In this document: positions 27,665 to 36,938 of the stretch, piece after piece
Numbering within the stretch: position 1 is the first letter of the stretch
How the letters are laid out: every line of letters starts with the position of its first letter
Assembly (NCBI GenBank): GCA_965206955.1
Contig: OZ242252.1
Location: 2,307,771 to 2,371,770, forward strand
Source of the DNA: Candidatus Foliamicus sp.
GTDB taxonomy: Bacteria > Pseudomonadota > Gammaproteobacteria > Steroidobacterales > Foliamicaceae
Length of the DNA: 64,000 nucleotides
Direction: 5' to 3'
Made by a program: the position numbers and the translations under genes
The notes under the pieces: model-generated
The model's database searches: none
What the model was told of the DNA's origin: nothing
Seen by the model: the letters and a program-made list of their open reading frames with translations, nothing else

Positions 27665-29065
27665 ATGAAGACACACACAGCTTATCGTCGCTGCGCCTGG
27701 GCATTGGCTTGCCTGGCGGGATTGGCCGGAGTGGCCGGATTGATGTTCCTGCTGCCCATTGCCCGGGCGGATGCAGCGGCGCAAACGGACTTTGTCCTGA
27801 ACACATTCGCGTTTCTGGTCTGGGGCGCCCTGATCATGTGGATGTGCGCCGGCTTCACGATGCTGGAGGCTGGTTCGGTGCGTACCAAGAACGCTTCCGT
27901 TATCTGCCTCAAGAACATCGGCCTCTATGCCATCGCCGGGATCATGTTCTATTTCGTGGGCTACAACCTGATGTACCTGGTGGATCCGGGAGGCATTATT
28001 GGTACGCTCACATTCGGCTACGGACCATCGGCAGAGGAAATCGCGCTGTTGAACGCGGTAGCTGAAGAAGCGCCCGCAGCAGAGATTGCAGCGGCGGCCG
28101 ATACGGTGACGGGAAACCAGTACTCCGTCATGTCCGACTGGTTCTTTCAGATGGTCTTTGTGGCGACAACCGCATCCATCGTGTCGGGAACCCTTGCGGA
28201 AAGGGTAAAGCTCTGGTCCTTCTTCGTGTTCACCATAGTCCTGACCGCGTTCATCTATCCGGTGGTCGGGGCATGGACCTGGGGCGGTGGCTGGTTGAGC
28301 AATATGGGTTTCAGCGATTTTGCGGGTTCCAGCATCGTGCACTCAACCGGCGGCTGGGCGGCACTGGCGGGCGCGCTGGTAGTAGGCCCGCGACTTGGAA
28401 AATACCGTTCCGATGGCAGTGTGAAGATCACGGCGCCTTCCAACGTACCCGTCGTCACGCTGGGCGTTTTCATTCTGTGGTTGGGCTGGTTCGGGTTTAA
28501 CGGTGGCTCTCAATTGGCGCTCGGCGGGGTGGAGAATGCCGTGGCCATGAGCATCGTGCTGGTCAATACAAATCTGGCCGCTGCCGGCGGCGTCATGGCG
28601 GCCTTGATTGTGTCTCGTCCATTGCTCAAGCGGGTTGACCTGCTGGCGGTTCTGAACGGAGCCATTGCCGGCCTGGTGTCCATCACCGCCGGGCCCGACG
28701 TGCTACCACACTCCATGGCCTTGCTGATCGGCGCCGTAGGCGGTGTGATTTGTACCGCCGGACTGGTGCTTCTGGAGCGGCTGCGGATAGACGATGTGGT
28801 CGGCGCCGTGCCTGCTCACCTGTTCGCGGGCGTGTGGGGCACCCTGGCGGTTTGCATAGCCGGAAATCACAGCTTCGGAATACAATTGCTGGGTGTGGTC
28901 TCAATAGGAGGCTTCGTTTTTGGTGCTTCGTGGCTGTCTTGGACGCTGATAGAAAAAACAATGGGGGCACGGGTCTCCGAGACCGTGGAGGAATTGGGCC
29001 AGGATGCGGCTGAATTGGGGATAGAAGCCTATCCCGAATTCGTGCTGATGCCCGATAGCGATTGA
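27665..29065 (+). CDS. amtB: ammonium transporter (Amt family)
   Basis: The ATG at 27665 gives a signal peptide. Amt signatures include AGFTMLEAGSVRTKN and VHSTGGWAALAGALVVGPRLGKY. Confidence 0.92.
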   Translation: MKTHTAYRRCAWALACLAGLAGVAGLMFLLPIARADAAAQTDFVLNTFAFLVWGALIMWMCAGFTMLEAGSVRTKNASVICLKNIGLYAIAGIMFYFVGYNLMYLVDPGGIIGTLTFGYGPSAEEIALLNAVAEEAPAAEIAAAADTVTGNQYSVMSDWFFQMVFVATTASIVSGTLAERVKLWSFFVFTIVLTAFIYPVVGAWTWGGGWLSNMGFSDFAGSSIVHSTGGWAALAGALVVGPRLGKYRSDGSVKITAPSNVPVVTLGVFILWLGWFGFNGGSQLALGGVENAVAMSIVLVNTNLAAAGGVMAALIVSRPLLKRVDLLAVLNGAIAGLVSITAGPDVLPHSMALLIGAVGGVICTAGLVLLERLRIDDVVGAVPAHLFAGVWGTLAVCIAGNHSFGIQLLGVVSIGGFVFGASWLSWTLIEKTMGARVSETVEELGQDAAELGIEAYPEFVLMPDSD

Positions 29066-29131
29066 CGATTGGGCTGTGGTACGATTGAGGTGTTGCCACA
29101 CAGACCGTGAAACCTAATATCAGGAGCAAGA

Positions 29132-29467
29132 ATGGATATCCCAATTGAGCGCAACAACGGAACCCTGATTGCCACCCCTTCCGGGCGCATTGATGGCTTT
29201 AACGCCCAGGATTTCCACCAGACCCTGACTGGCGCGATCAGCGGCGACGACACGGCTGTTCTGGTGGACATGAGCGGGTTGAATTACATCAGCAGCGCCG
29301 GATTGCGGGCCGTTCTCATGATTGCCAAGGCGCTCTGGCAGCGCAAGGCCAAGTTCATGTTGTGCTCATTGACGGGGTCTATCGGCGAAGTCTTCAAGAT
29401 GAGCGGGTTCGACAAGATTATCGAGATTCACGACAGCAAGGACGCTGCACTGGAAACGCTCAACTAG
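29132..29467 (+). CDS. STAS-domain anti-sigma-factor antagonist (SpoIIAA/RsbV-like)
   Basis: 111 aa. It carries the phosphorylatable-Ser context DMSGLNYISSAGLRAVL. Confidence 0.85.
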   Translation: MDIPIERNNGTLIATPSGRIDGFNAQDFHQTLTGAISGDDTAVLVDMSGLNYISSAGLRAVLMIAKALWQRKAKFMLCSLTGSIGEVFKMSGFDKIIEIHDSKDAALETLN

Positions 29468-29501
29468 AAACCAGCTCCGGCAATTCAACCAACAAGCCTG
29501 A

Positions 29502-31685
29502 TCAGGCGCTCTCCTCGACCTCCAGGGAAACCGGCAGCCGTACAATCATTTCAGTCCCTTCGCCGGGCTCCGTATCGACGGAAATTTCGCCGCCATGCTG
29601 GCGCACAATATCGTTGGACAGCGCCAGGCCCAGACCGGTCCCCTGATCCGTAGGTTTGGTGGTGAAGAAAGGATTGAAAATCTTTCCAAGAACCTCGTCG
29701 GGAATACCCCCGCCATTGTCGCGAATCGAAACCTCAACGGACTTCGGTGTGCGCCGGGTACTCAAACTGAGCTTCGGCTCGTAGGAATCATTATTTGCTT
29801 CGGCAGCCTCGCGTAAACGCCGGTCATGCGTGGCATGGCAGGCATTCGTTACCATGTTCAGAAACACCCGACCGAGATCCTGGGAAACCACGTTCAGTTC
29901 CTTCACATCCTCGCTGTAGGCTTCCTCAATGGTGAGATTGAAATCGGTATCGCTGGCGCGAGCTGCGTGGTAGGCAAGTCGTGCGTGTTCCTCCAGCAGG
30001 GAATTGATGTTTGTGGGCTGCGCGTCGCCTGAGCCGCCGCCCATCTTGAGCATGTCCTTTACGATCCTGTTGGCGCGTTGGCCGTGATGCCGAATCCGGC
30101 CAAGATTGGAGTTGAGATCCCCGCAGATGTCTTCAAACAGGCCCTTATCATCCTCGCTTGGATTTCCATTGCCGCCCTTCATGACGTCTTGCAGTTCTTC
30201 TACCAATTCCACCGAAACTTCCGAGAAGTTCTTTACAAAATTCAATGGATTCTGGATCTCATGCGCGACCCCGGCAGTTAATTCTCCCAATTCCGCGAGT
30301 TTCTCCCGCATCACCATCTGGTCCTGCGCTTTCTTGAGGTCCTCCAGCACCTGCTCCAGCTCTTCGTTCTTGTCCCGTAACTCCTGCGCCATTCGTTCGA
30401 CCAGATCCAATCGTTGCGCCTTCAGCGAAGCTTCCCGAAAAACCTCCAGCGCCGCAGCCATATCGGCAACCTCATCGCGGCCGCTGACATCGACCCTGGT
30501 CTTCAAATCGCCCGCAGCCATGCGCCGCATCCGGCCTGACAAGCCCTCCAGGCGCCGCAACAGCCCGCCAACGAACAAAGACCCCACGAGAACCGCGGCC
30601 AGTATCGCCACCGCCGTTACGCTCAACAGAAGGGTTCGGCCCGTATCTATCGCTTCATTGGCCGTCGCGGCAGAGGCTTGCGCGCTGTCGCGCGCGCCGC
30701 GGACCATACTCTGCGCAGCGGCGCCCAACTCGATCTCCAGGCTGCGGCTGTCGAGCAGCAGACGTCTTTCCTTTTCGGCCAGATCAAGTTCCCGCCGGCG
30801 AAGGGCGAAACCGGCGTCCTCGCCGCTTCCCAACAGGTGCAATCGATCGGTAATTTCCTTAAGGTCCTCCGGCTCGGGAGCATCGCGCAACGCGCCAAGG
30901 TTGCGCGAAATTGCTTCCGAAGCCGACTCAAAGCTCTCCAGTAGCGGCTCCAGCAACTGTGGATCAGCAACATTGAAGGCTCTATCCAGCATTTGCACGG
31001 AGTTATCCACATTGACTTTCAGGTCGGCGAGGCGTCGATAGCGTGCAAGCGCCTGTTCGGACATGTGCTGCTCACGGGCCGCCTGCTGCGACTCAAGATC
31101 CCGGTACCCGGTAATGGTGAAGAAATATTGGTCGTCTATGGCCGGCCCCAGTATGCGTTGCAAGCGCTCATGCAGGACCGGTACTTCCTGCTGGAGCTCG
31201 CGTGTCCGGTCGGCAATCAGAAATCTCTCTTCCACCGAACGTTCCAGCTGTTCAATATTGGCGAGCAAGGCGCCGGCCCGCTCCCGCAATTGCTGAATCC
31301 CCGGCTCATCGCTTGCCTGGGCCTCCAGGGCATCGATTCGAGACCCAAAAATCTCCCGATTCCTGGCAATGGATTCTCGCACGTCCGCCAGCTCTTCCAG
31401 GGTGGCCGCCGCCGCCAGGCGCGGCGCAGCCGCCACCAGGGCGCCGCTTTGCTCCGCCACGGCAAACGCGCCGGTAATCTTGGGGAGGCTCCGGTCCACA
31501 ACATCGCGCTGGACATCCGCTACCGTGTTGAAGGCAAACCAGCTGTTCAGACTTGCAAGCATGAACAGCAGCAGGGCCGCGCTGATGCCTATGTACATCC
31601 GGCCCGATATCTTGTGCCGCTTTTCAAGAATTCGGGATATGCGAGCCTTCAGTGTTTCGCCCCCTTTATTTGAGGCAGAGTTCAT
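29502..31685 (-). CDS. sensor histidine kinase with large periplasmic helical domain and HAMP
   Basis: 727 aa. Two TM segments flank ~330 aa. HAMP domain (MAAGDLKTRVDV), H-box HEIQNPLNFV, and G-boxes DNGGGIP / GTGLGLALS. No receiver domain. Confidence 0.88.
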   Translation of the reverse strand: MNSASNKGGETLKARISRILEKRHKISGRMYIGISAALLLFMLASLNSWFAFNTVADVQRDVVDRSLPKITGAFAVAEQSGALVAAAPRLAAAATLEELADVRESIARNREIFGSRIDALEAQASDEPGIQQLRERAGALLANIEQLERSVEERFLIADRTRELQQEVPVLHERLQRILGPAIDDQYFFTITGYRDLESQQAAREQHMSEQALARYRRLADLKVNVDNSVQMLDRAFNVADPQLLEPLLESFESASEAISRNLGALRDAPEPEDLKEITDRLHLLGSGEDAGFALRRRELDLAEKERRLLLDSRSLEIELGAAAQSMVRGARDSAQASAATANEAIDTGRTLLLSVTAVAILAAVLVGSLFVGGLLRRLEGLSGRMRRMAAGDLKTRVDVSGRDEVADMAAALEVFREASLKAQRLDLVERMAQELRDKNEELEQVLEDLKKAQDQMVMREKLAELGELTAGVAHEIQNPLNFVKNFSEVSVELVEELQDVMKGGNGNPSEDDKGLFEDICGDLNSNLGRIRHHGQRANRIVKDMLKMGGGSGDAQPTNINSLLEEHARLAYHAARASDTDFNLTIEEAYSEDVKELNVVSQDLGRVFLNMVTNACHATHDRRLREAAEANNDSYEPKLSLSTRRTPKSVEVSIRDNGGGIPDEVLGKIFNPFFTTKPTDQGTGLGLALSNDIVRQHGGEISVDTEPGEGTEMIVRLPVSLEVEESA

Positions 31686-32848
31686 TGCCGGGCGGGGGGC
31701 GAGGAAACCGGTAGATACTGGCCTTGGGGGCTCACTGTGGTGAGGTACACCGAATCCGATCCCTGATAGTCATCCGGCCCGAATTCCAGCACGAAACCGC
31801 CCAGATCAATACGTCCCCCGGCGCGCAGCTGCGGAAGCACCTGGTCCCTCTGCGGATTCGGCCCGCACTGCTGCATCGCGGCAATGGCCAGTCGCCCGGC
31901 CAGATAGCCCTCCAATGAGACAAATCCCGGTTCCGCCGCGGGAGATGTTGTTTGTAGCGCCTTGTGGTACTGCTCCACAATGGGCAGTGAATCGCCGAGC
32001 AACGGCGGCACCACCTGGGTCATCAGAAGGCCGGCGCCATCCAGGCTCTCCGGGCTCAGGCTTCGGGTCAGCGCGTTGCCCCCGGCGAACGACGTGGTCA
32101 TGTAGACCAGGTCGAGCTTAAGCTTGCTGGCCCAATTCACAAAGGCCGCCACGGGCGTCGGAGCCCCGACAATAATGACGGCTTCCGGCCGGCCTTCGAT
32201 CACATCCAGCAAAGTGGTCTTGACGGCAGTCGTGTTTCTTGGGTAGACCGCCGTGGCCACCGGCTTTAGGTTCCTCCGCTCCATGGCAAGCTGAGCTCCC
32301 CGGAACCCAGCTCGGCCGAAGGAGTCGTCCTGGTAGGCCACCGCAATGCGCGTGAGGCCGTTCCGGGTAAGAAACGCCATCATTGCCTCGGTTTCCTGGT
32401 AATACGAAGCGCGAAGATTGACCACGTTCCGCCATTGCCCATCGCGCAGGAACGGCGCCCCGGTAAACGGCGCGATATACGGAACCCCCTCGGCGGCCGC
32501 TACCGGTACGGAAGAACGGGCGGTTGGCGTACCGACCGCGCCGATCAGCGCAAATACCTGGTGATCGTTGATCAATTTGCGCACGTTCGCGATAGCGGCC
32601 TCAGGCTCATAGCCATCATCCAGGGAAATCAGTTCCAACCGGCGACCATGCACACCCCCATTCTCGTTGGCCTCGAAGAATGCCGCCTCGATACCGGCGC
32701 GCATCCCCTCTCCCAGCGCGCTCGCCGGGCCGCTGAATGCGGCCGATTGCCCAAACAGAATGCGGTCCGGATCAACCTCCTGTTGGGCCGCCGAGCCGGC
32801 CCAAGCGGCCAGTCCCAGCACAACAAGCAGTGGACGCCTAGCCCGCAT
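31682..32848 (-). CDS. periplasmic ligand-binding protein, Leu/Ile/Val-binding (type 1 PBP) family
   Basis: 388 aa. Signal peptide, ILFGQSAAFSGPASALG...ELISLDDGYEP. Its stop overlaps the kinase start (ATGA). Confidence 0.8.
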   Translation of the reverse strand: MRARRPLLVVLGLAAWAGSAAQQEVDPDRILFGQSAAFSGPASALGEGMRAGIEAAFFEANENGGVHGRRLELISLDDGYEPEAAIANVRKLINDHQVFALIGAVGTPTARSSVPVAAAEGVPYIAPFTGAPFLRDGQWRNVVNLRASYYQETEAMMAFLTRNGLTRIAVAYQDDSFGRAGFRGAQLAMERRNLKPVATAVYPRNTTAVKTTLLDVIEGRPEAVIIVGAPTPVAAFVNWASKLKLDLVYMTTSFAGGNALTRSLSPESLDGAGLLMTQVVPPLLGDSLPIVEQYHKALQTTSPAAEPGFVSLEGYLAGRLAIAAMQQCGPNPQRDQVLPQLRAGGRIDLGGFVLEFGPDDYQGSDSVYLTTVSPQGQYLPVSSPPARQ

Positions 32849-32851
32849 TTC

Positions 32852-33274
32852 TCACGATGGCAGCCGCATCACCAGAGTAAGCCGATTATGGTTGCTGTCC
32901 CTCGTGTACTTGACCTCGTCCATCATCTCCCGCACCAGGTGAACGCCCAGGCCACCGATCGGGCGCTCCTCTATGCCCGACGATACATCGGGGACCGGAG
33001 TCTCACTAAGGGGGTCGAAGGGTTTGGCTTCGTCGATGAATTCAATCGTAAGCGCGCCATCCTCGGAGTTCAGCCGGAATTCCATTTCCTTGGAATCGTC
33101 TTGCCCGTAACCGTGGTCAATGATGTTCAGCCCGATTTCTTCAACCACCAGCTTTACCTTGAAGACGACTTCGTCGGGCCACTGTTCGCGCCGTGCCATT
33201 TTGTCGATTGCCTGCTCCACCAACTCCAATTGCGCATGGTTGGCAGGGACACGGAGGGTTATTTTGCCGCTCAT
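32852..33274 (-). CDS. anti-sigma regulatory factor / serine protein kinase (RsbW/SpoIIAB-like HATPase)
   Basis: 140 aa, with EEIGLNIIDHGYG and GGLGVHLVREMMDEVKY. Its start overlaps the upstream stop (ATGA). Confidence 0.8.
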   Translation of the reverse strand: MSGKITLRVPANHAQLELVEQAIDKMARREQWPDEVVFKVKLVVEEIGLNIIDHGYGQDDSKEMEFRLNSEDGALTIEFIDEAKPFDPLSETPVPDVSSGIEERPIGGLGVHLVREMMDEVKYTRDSNHNRLTLVMRLPS

Positions 33275-34437
33275 GATTCCGTGTCCTCGCGCAGCAGTAC
33301 AAGGCAGGTAATGTCGTCGGATTGTGAACGATTTTTTGCAAACTCCCTGACTGCCTCGAAAACGTCATCATTGGCCTTGCGTGCGCTCAGCAGCGCGGAG
33401 CCTGCAAAAACGGCCTGCAAACGATCCATGCCGAATTCTTCGCTATCAATGTCTTCGGCTTCCGACACGCCATCGGTATACAGGAACAGGGCCTCGCCCG
33501 GCTCCAGCGTTATCTGGTCTGTGGTGTATTCAAAATTCGGCGCCACGCCCAGAGCAATGCCGCCGGTCAGCGGCAGCACAGTTGAGCTCCCGTCCTTATA
33601 TACGATCAGCGGAGGATTGTGTCCGCCGTTGGCGAAGTTGACCAGACCGGTGCCGGGATCGAATACCGCGTAGAACAGGGTAACGAACATGTTGGACTCG
33701 TTGCCGTCCTGCAACTGATCGTTGACGACCGTTACAACCGTTCCCGGATCCTCACAGCCGACCGCCGCACCCTTTAGCAGCGTGCGGCTGGACATCATGA
33801 ACAGGGCCGCGGGGATGCCCTTGTCGGACACGTCTGCAATGGCAATGCCGATGCGATCCTGCCCCAGCCGAATGATGTCAAAGAAATCGCCCCCCACGTT
33901 TCGGGCCGGCGCCATACTGCCGTACAGCTGATATTGTTCGTTCTTGGGAAACTCCTTGGGAAGGATGGATTGCTGCATGCTGTTGGCCACGTCCAGCTCG
34001 CTCTGCAAGGTAAGCAGCTTGTCCCGCGACGCCTCCACCTCGCGCCACATCTCAAGCTGACGCAATCCACGGTCTATGGTGACTCTCAAGTCGTCGAAAT
34101 CGATTGGCTTGGTTACGAAATCGAAAGCCCCGCGATTCATGGCCTTGCGAATATTCTTCATGTCCCCATAGGCTGAGATCACCACCGATCTGAGGTCGGT
34201 GTTCACATCGGGAATCTTCTCCAGCAGCGTCAACCCGTCCATGCGAGGCATATTGATATCAGACAGCACCAGGTCGATGTCCTTATGCTCGCCGAGCGTT
34301 TCCAGAGCTTCCACTCCGTCCCCGGCGAACAGGAACGAATATTGGCCCGAGCGAATTTCACGGCGCATTCTTTGCCGGACCAGCTGCTCGATATCCGGCT
34401 CGTCGTCCACCATCAGAATCTTATGTTGCGCTGGCAT
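33271..34437 (-). CDS. response-regulator receiver fused to PP2C (SpoIIE/RsbU-type) phosphatase
   Basis: 388 aa. Receiver domain (KILMVDDEPD...LVLSDINMPRMDG) and PP2C motifs (GGDFFDI, IADVSDKGIPAALFM, YTDGVSEA). Confidence 0.88.
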   Translation of the reverse strand: MPAQHKILMVDDEPDIEQLVRQRMRREIRSGQYSFLFAGDGVEALETLGEHKDIDLVLSDINMPRMDGLTLLEKIPDVNTDLRSVVISAYGDMKNIRKAMNRGAFDFVTKPIDFDDLRVTIDRGLRQLEMWREVEASRDKLLTLQSELDVANSMQQSILPKEFPKNEQYQLYGSMAPARNVGGDFFDIIRLGQDRIGIAIADVSDKGIPAALFMMSSRTLLKGAAVGCEDPGTVVTVVNDQLQDGNESNMFVTLFYAVFDPGTGLVNFANGGHNPPLIVYKDGSSTVLPLTGGIALGVAPNFEYTTDQITLEPGEALFLYTDGVSEAEDIDSEEFGMDRLQAVFAGSALLSARKANDDVFEAVREFAKNRSQSDDITCLVLLREDTES

Positions 34438-34509
34438 CTCAAATCAGCCTGCCCGTGTCGGCGAAAGTGTATGAATTGTATATGGGGCGGGGATCGGATC
34501 TACCTGGCT

Positions 34510-35517
34510 TCACGCGGCCAGCATTCTCTGGACCGCCTGGCGGGCACGTCCGGCGACTTCCGGCGCTATATCCACTTCGGGCTGGAGTGTTTCCAGAGTC
34601 CTCAGAATCTTCGGCAGGGTAATGCGCTTCATGTGAGGGCAGAGATTGCAAGGACGCACAAACTCCACATCCGGATGCTCCACCGCTACGTTATCGCTCA
34701 TCGAACACTCCGTGACCATCACCACCCGCTTGGGCTTGTGCTCGCCCACGTAGCGGATCATCGCTGAGGTCGAACCCACGAAGTCGGCCTCGGACAGTAC
34801 GTCGGGCGGGCACTCGGGATGCGCAATGACCTGAATGCCGCTATGCGAACGTCGGTAGGCGCGTATTTCCCCGGCCGTGAACCGCTCATGCACCTCGCAA
34901 CTGCCTTCCCAGAGAATGATTTCGACGTCGGTCTTGCTTGCCACATAGCGCCCCAGATACCCGTCGGGAAGAAAGATGACCCGGTCCGTGCCCAGGGATT
35001 CCACAATCTGAACCGCGTTCGCCGAGGTGCAGCAGATGTCCGATTCCGCTTTGACCTCAGCCGAGGTATTGACGTAGGTCACAACGGGAACGCCCGCATA
35101 TTTCTGTTTCAGCAGGCGCACGTCCTCGCCGGTAATCCCTTCTGCCAGGGAACATCCGGCCCTTAAGTCCGGGATCAATACGGTTTTCTCGGGGGCCAGT
35201 AACTTTGCAGTCTCGGCCATGAAGTGGACGCCGCACATGAGGATAACGCGAGCCTCTGATTCCGCGCCGCGGCGGGCCAACTCCAGGGAATCACCCGAAA
35301 AATCCGCCACGCCGTGAAAGATTTCCGGTGTCTGGTAGTTATGCACCAGGATGACAGCGCCGCGTTCCCGCTTCAGTTCGTTGATCCGGGCGATATAGGG
35401 CGCATGTAGCGGCCATTCCACACCGGGAATCACATCGGAAAGACGGGCCCTGATCAGCGCCGTTCTGCGTTCTATTTCCGGCGTGAAATCAAGATCGCTT
35501 GTTGCATAAACCTGCAT
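34510..35517 (-). CDS. nadA: quinolinate synthase
   Basis: 335 aa, with VILVHNYQTPEI, MCGVHFMAETA and the C-terminal CPHMK motif. Confidence 0.93.
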   Translation of the reverse strand: MQVYATSDLDFTPEIERRTALIRARLSDVIPGVEWPLHAPYIARINELKRERGAVILVHNYQTPEIFHGVADFSGDSLELARRGAESEARVILMCGVHFMAETAKLLAPEKTVLIPDLRAGCSLAEGITGEDVRLLKQKYAGVPVVTYVNTSAEVKAESDICCTSANAVQIVESLGTDRVIFLPDGYLGRYVASKTDVEIILWEGSCEVHERFTAGEIRAYRRSHSGIQVIAHPECPPDVLSEADFVGSTSAMIRYVGEHKPKRVVMVTECSMSDNVAVEHPDVEFVRPCNLCPHMKRITLPKILRTLETLQPEVDIAPEVAGRARQAVQRMLAA

Positions 35518-35542
35518 TGAGTTCCTCCTTCAGTGGGGCCAG

Positions 35543-35563
35543 TAATGCTATATCTGAGCATAA
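35543..35563. promoter_or_regulatory. candidate operator palindrome between nadA and the NrtR/NadQ-like gene
   Basis: TAATGCT-N7-AGCATAA, a 7-bp inverted repeat with one mismatch, 26-46 nt upstream of the nadA start. Confidence 0.45.
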
Positions 35564-35623
35564 CCGTTGTCAAATGCATGGCTTGACGGAAGATTCCTTA
35601 GAGAGCAGGACTAAAATGGAGTC

Positions 35624-36538
35624 GTGAGTGAGGCTATCAGCGTGGAGCTAAGCGCGGTCGTTCTGGCGGTTGCCGATAATGAACCCTGCGTGCTTACCCT
35701 GGGCGACGAACAACAGGCCCGATTACCCTCCGACCGGCTGCTGAGCACCCGCGATCAAACCCTGGAATTCGGCGCCAGGCGGCTGCTTCGCCGCCAGGTA
35801 GGGCTTGAACCCGCATGGCTGGAGCAGCTGTATACCTTTGGTGATCGGCGGAGAAATTTCTGGCCGCGCAGCCCCGCCCGCACGATTTCCGTGGCCTACC
35901 TGGCGCTGGTTCGAAAAGACCTGTGCTCGATCGGCGCAGTTTGGCGGAAGTGCTACGAGTTCTTTCCGTGGGAAGACCAGCGAGCCGATCCCGTTGCTAT
36001 GCAGAAGCTGGCCTCCGGCCTTCAGGCCTGGCGGAAGCGCGCGCGGGCTGATGCAAACCGGGCCGCACGAGCCGAGCGGATTGACCGATGCCTTGGTTTG
36101 GGCAAGGCCGGCTGGACACCTGACCTGGTGCTGGAACGGTATGAACTGATTTATGAGGCTGCGCTGGTTGCCGAGGCCTGGCACGATCGAGGCGCCCAGC
36201 CGCCAAGAGGCCGAGTCCCGGATGGCTCATGCATGGCGCTGGACCACCGGCGTATTCTGGCGACTGCATTGGGGCGAATGCGGGGGAAACTGCGCTACCG
36301 GCCTCTGGTATTTGAGTTGATGCCGCCGGAATTCACCCTCTACGAGCTGCAGCGCGTGATCGAGGCAATCGTGGGCCGCAACATGCACAAGCAGAATTTC
36401 CGTCGGCTGGTGGCTAATCAGCGGCTAGTGGAAGCCACAGGGGTGCGGAAAGGGCATACCGGAGGGCGGCCGGCTCGCCTGTACCGTTTTCGCCCCGAAG
36501 TTTTGGCGGAGCGCCGTGCCGCCGGTGTTCTATCCTGA
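35624..36538 (+). CDS. Nudix-related transcriptional regulator of NAD metabolism (NrtR/NadQ-like)
   Basis: 304 aa with a GTG start after GGAG. The C-terminal winged-helix block LYELQRVIEAIVGRNMHKQNFRRLV...GRPARLYRF matches the NrtR-type signature. It is divergent from nadA. Confidence 0.65.
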   Translation: MSEAISVELSAVVLAVADNEPCVLTLGDEQQARLPSDRLLSTRDQTLEFGARRLLRRQVGLEPAWLEQLYTFGDRRRNFWPRSPARTISVAYLALVRKDLCSIGAVWRKCYEFFPWEDQRADPVAMQKLASGLQAWRKRARADANRAARAERIDRCLGLGKAGWTPDLVLERYELIYEAALVAEAWHDRGAQPPRGRVPDGSCMALDHRRILATALGRMRGKLRYRPLVFELMPPEFTLYELQRVIEAIVGRNMHKQNFRRLVANQRLVEATGVRKGHTGGRPARLYRFRPEVLAERRAAGVLS

Positions 36539-36546
36539 AGATCGCT

Positions 36547-36770
36547 TGCATGGAACAACCTGGGCCCGAGGGCTTCCAGCCCTCCACGAGGACAGGATGT
36601 CCTCGTTCCCAGCGCGTGTTCCCAGCGCGTCCGCGCGCCGGCGCCGGCGGAGTGGAAACTTGCATGGAACAACCTGGGACCGAGGGCTTCCAGCCCTCCA
36701 GGACGAGGACAGGATGTCCTCGTTCCCAGCGCGTGTTCCTTGCGCGTAAGCGCGGCGCGGGCGCTGTGAA
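36547..36770. repeat. two tandem long-form REP-like elements, locus F
   Basis: TGCATGGAACAACCTGGG(C/A)CCGAGGGCTTCCAGCCCTCC...GAGGACAGGATGTCCTCGTTCCCAGCGCGTGTTCC occurs twice, with copies starting at ~36547 and ~36661. Confidence 0.85.
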
Positions 36771-36831
36771 TACTTCCCCCAAAGCGAGATGGGAATAAGG
36801 GTGATCGTGTATATTCAACGCTTCTTTCTAC

Positions 36832-36907
36832 AGGCGCGTAGCTCAGGGGTTAGAGCACTTGCTTGACATGCAAGGGGTCGGTGGTTCAATTCCACTCGCG
36901 CCTACCA
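36832..36907 (+). tRNA. tRNA-Val (anticodon GAC)
   Basis: Cloverleaf: 7-bp acceptor stem AGGCGCG/CGCGCCT, D-arm GCTCAGGGGTTAGAGC, anticodon stem CTTGC/GCAAG with loop TTGACAT, T-arm GGTGGTTCAATTCCACT, and an encoded CCA. Confidence 0.9.
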
Positions 36908-36910
36908 AGT

Positions 36911-36938
36911 CCTTGTGAGGTCCGGGCCAGGCACAAGG
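36911..36938 (+). terminator. stem-loop immediately after tRNA-Val
   Basis: CCTTGTG-N14-CACAAGG followed by TTCACGTTT. Confidence 0.4.

Noticed and set aside
36547-36770. Possible CRISPR array, because of the repeated ~30-nt palindromic units (also at 1338-1468 and 55058-55248)
   Set aside because: The units are not separated by regular unique spacers of constant length. Copies occur in both orientations and are scattered singly across the window. No cas genes are present.
36414-36818. ORFs translated from the repeat clusters, with peptides such as EGFQPSTRAGSPRSQ, GNEGILPS and MEQPGNEGFQPS. Others are at 1281-1562, 1195-1560, 36550-36798, 54954-55403, 57061-57876 and 63786-63971.
   Set aside because: The same peptide strings recur wherever the palindromic repeat occurs and on both strands, so they are translations of REP hairpins. 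The one exception is discussed as a finding: the in-frame ATG at 55162.
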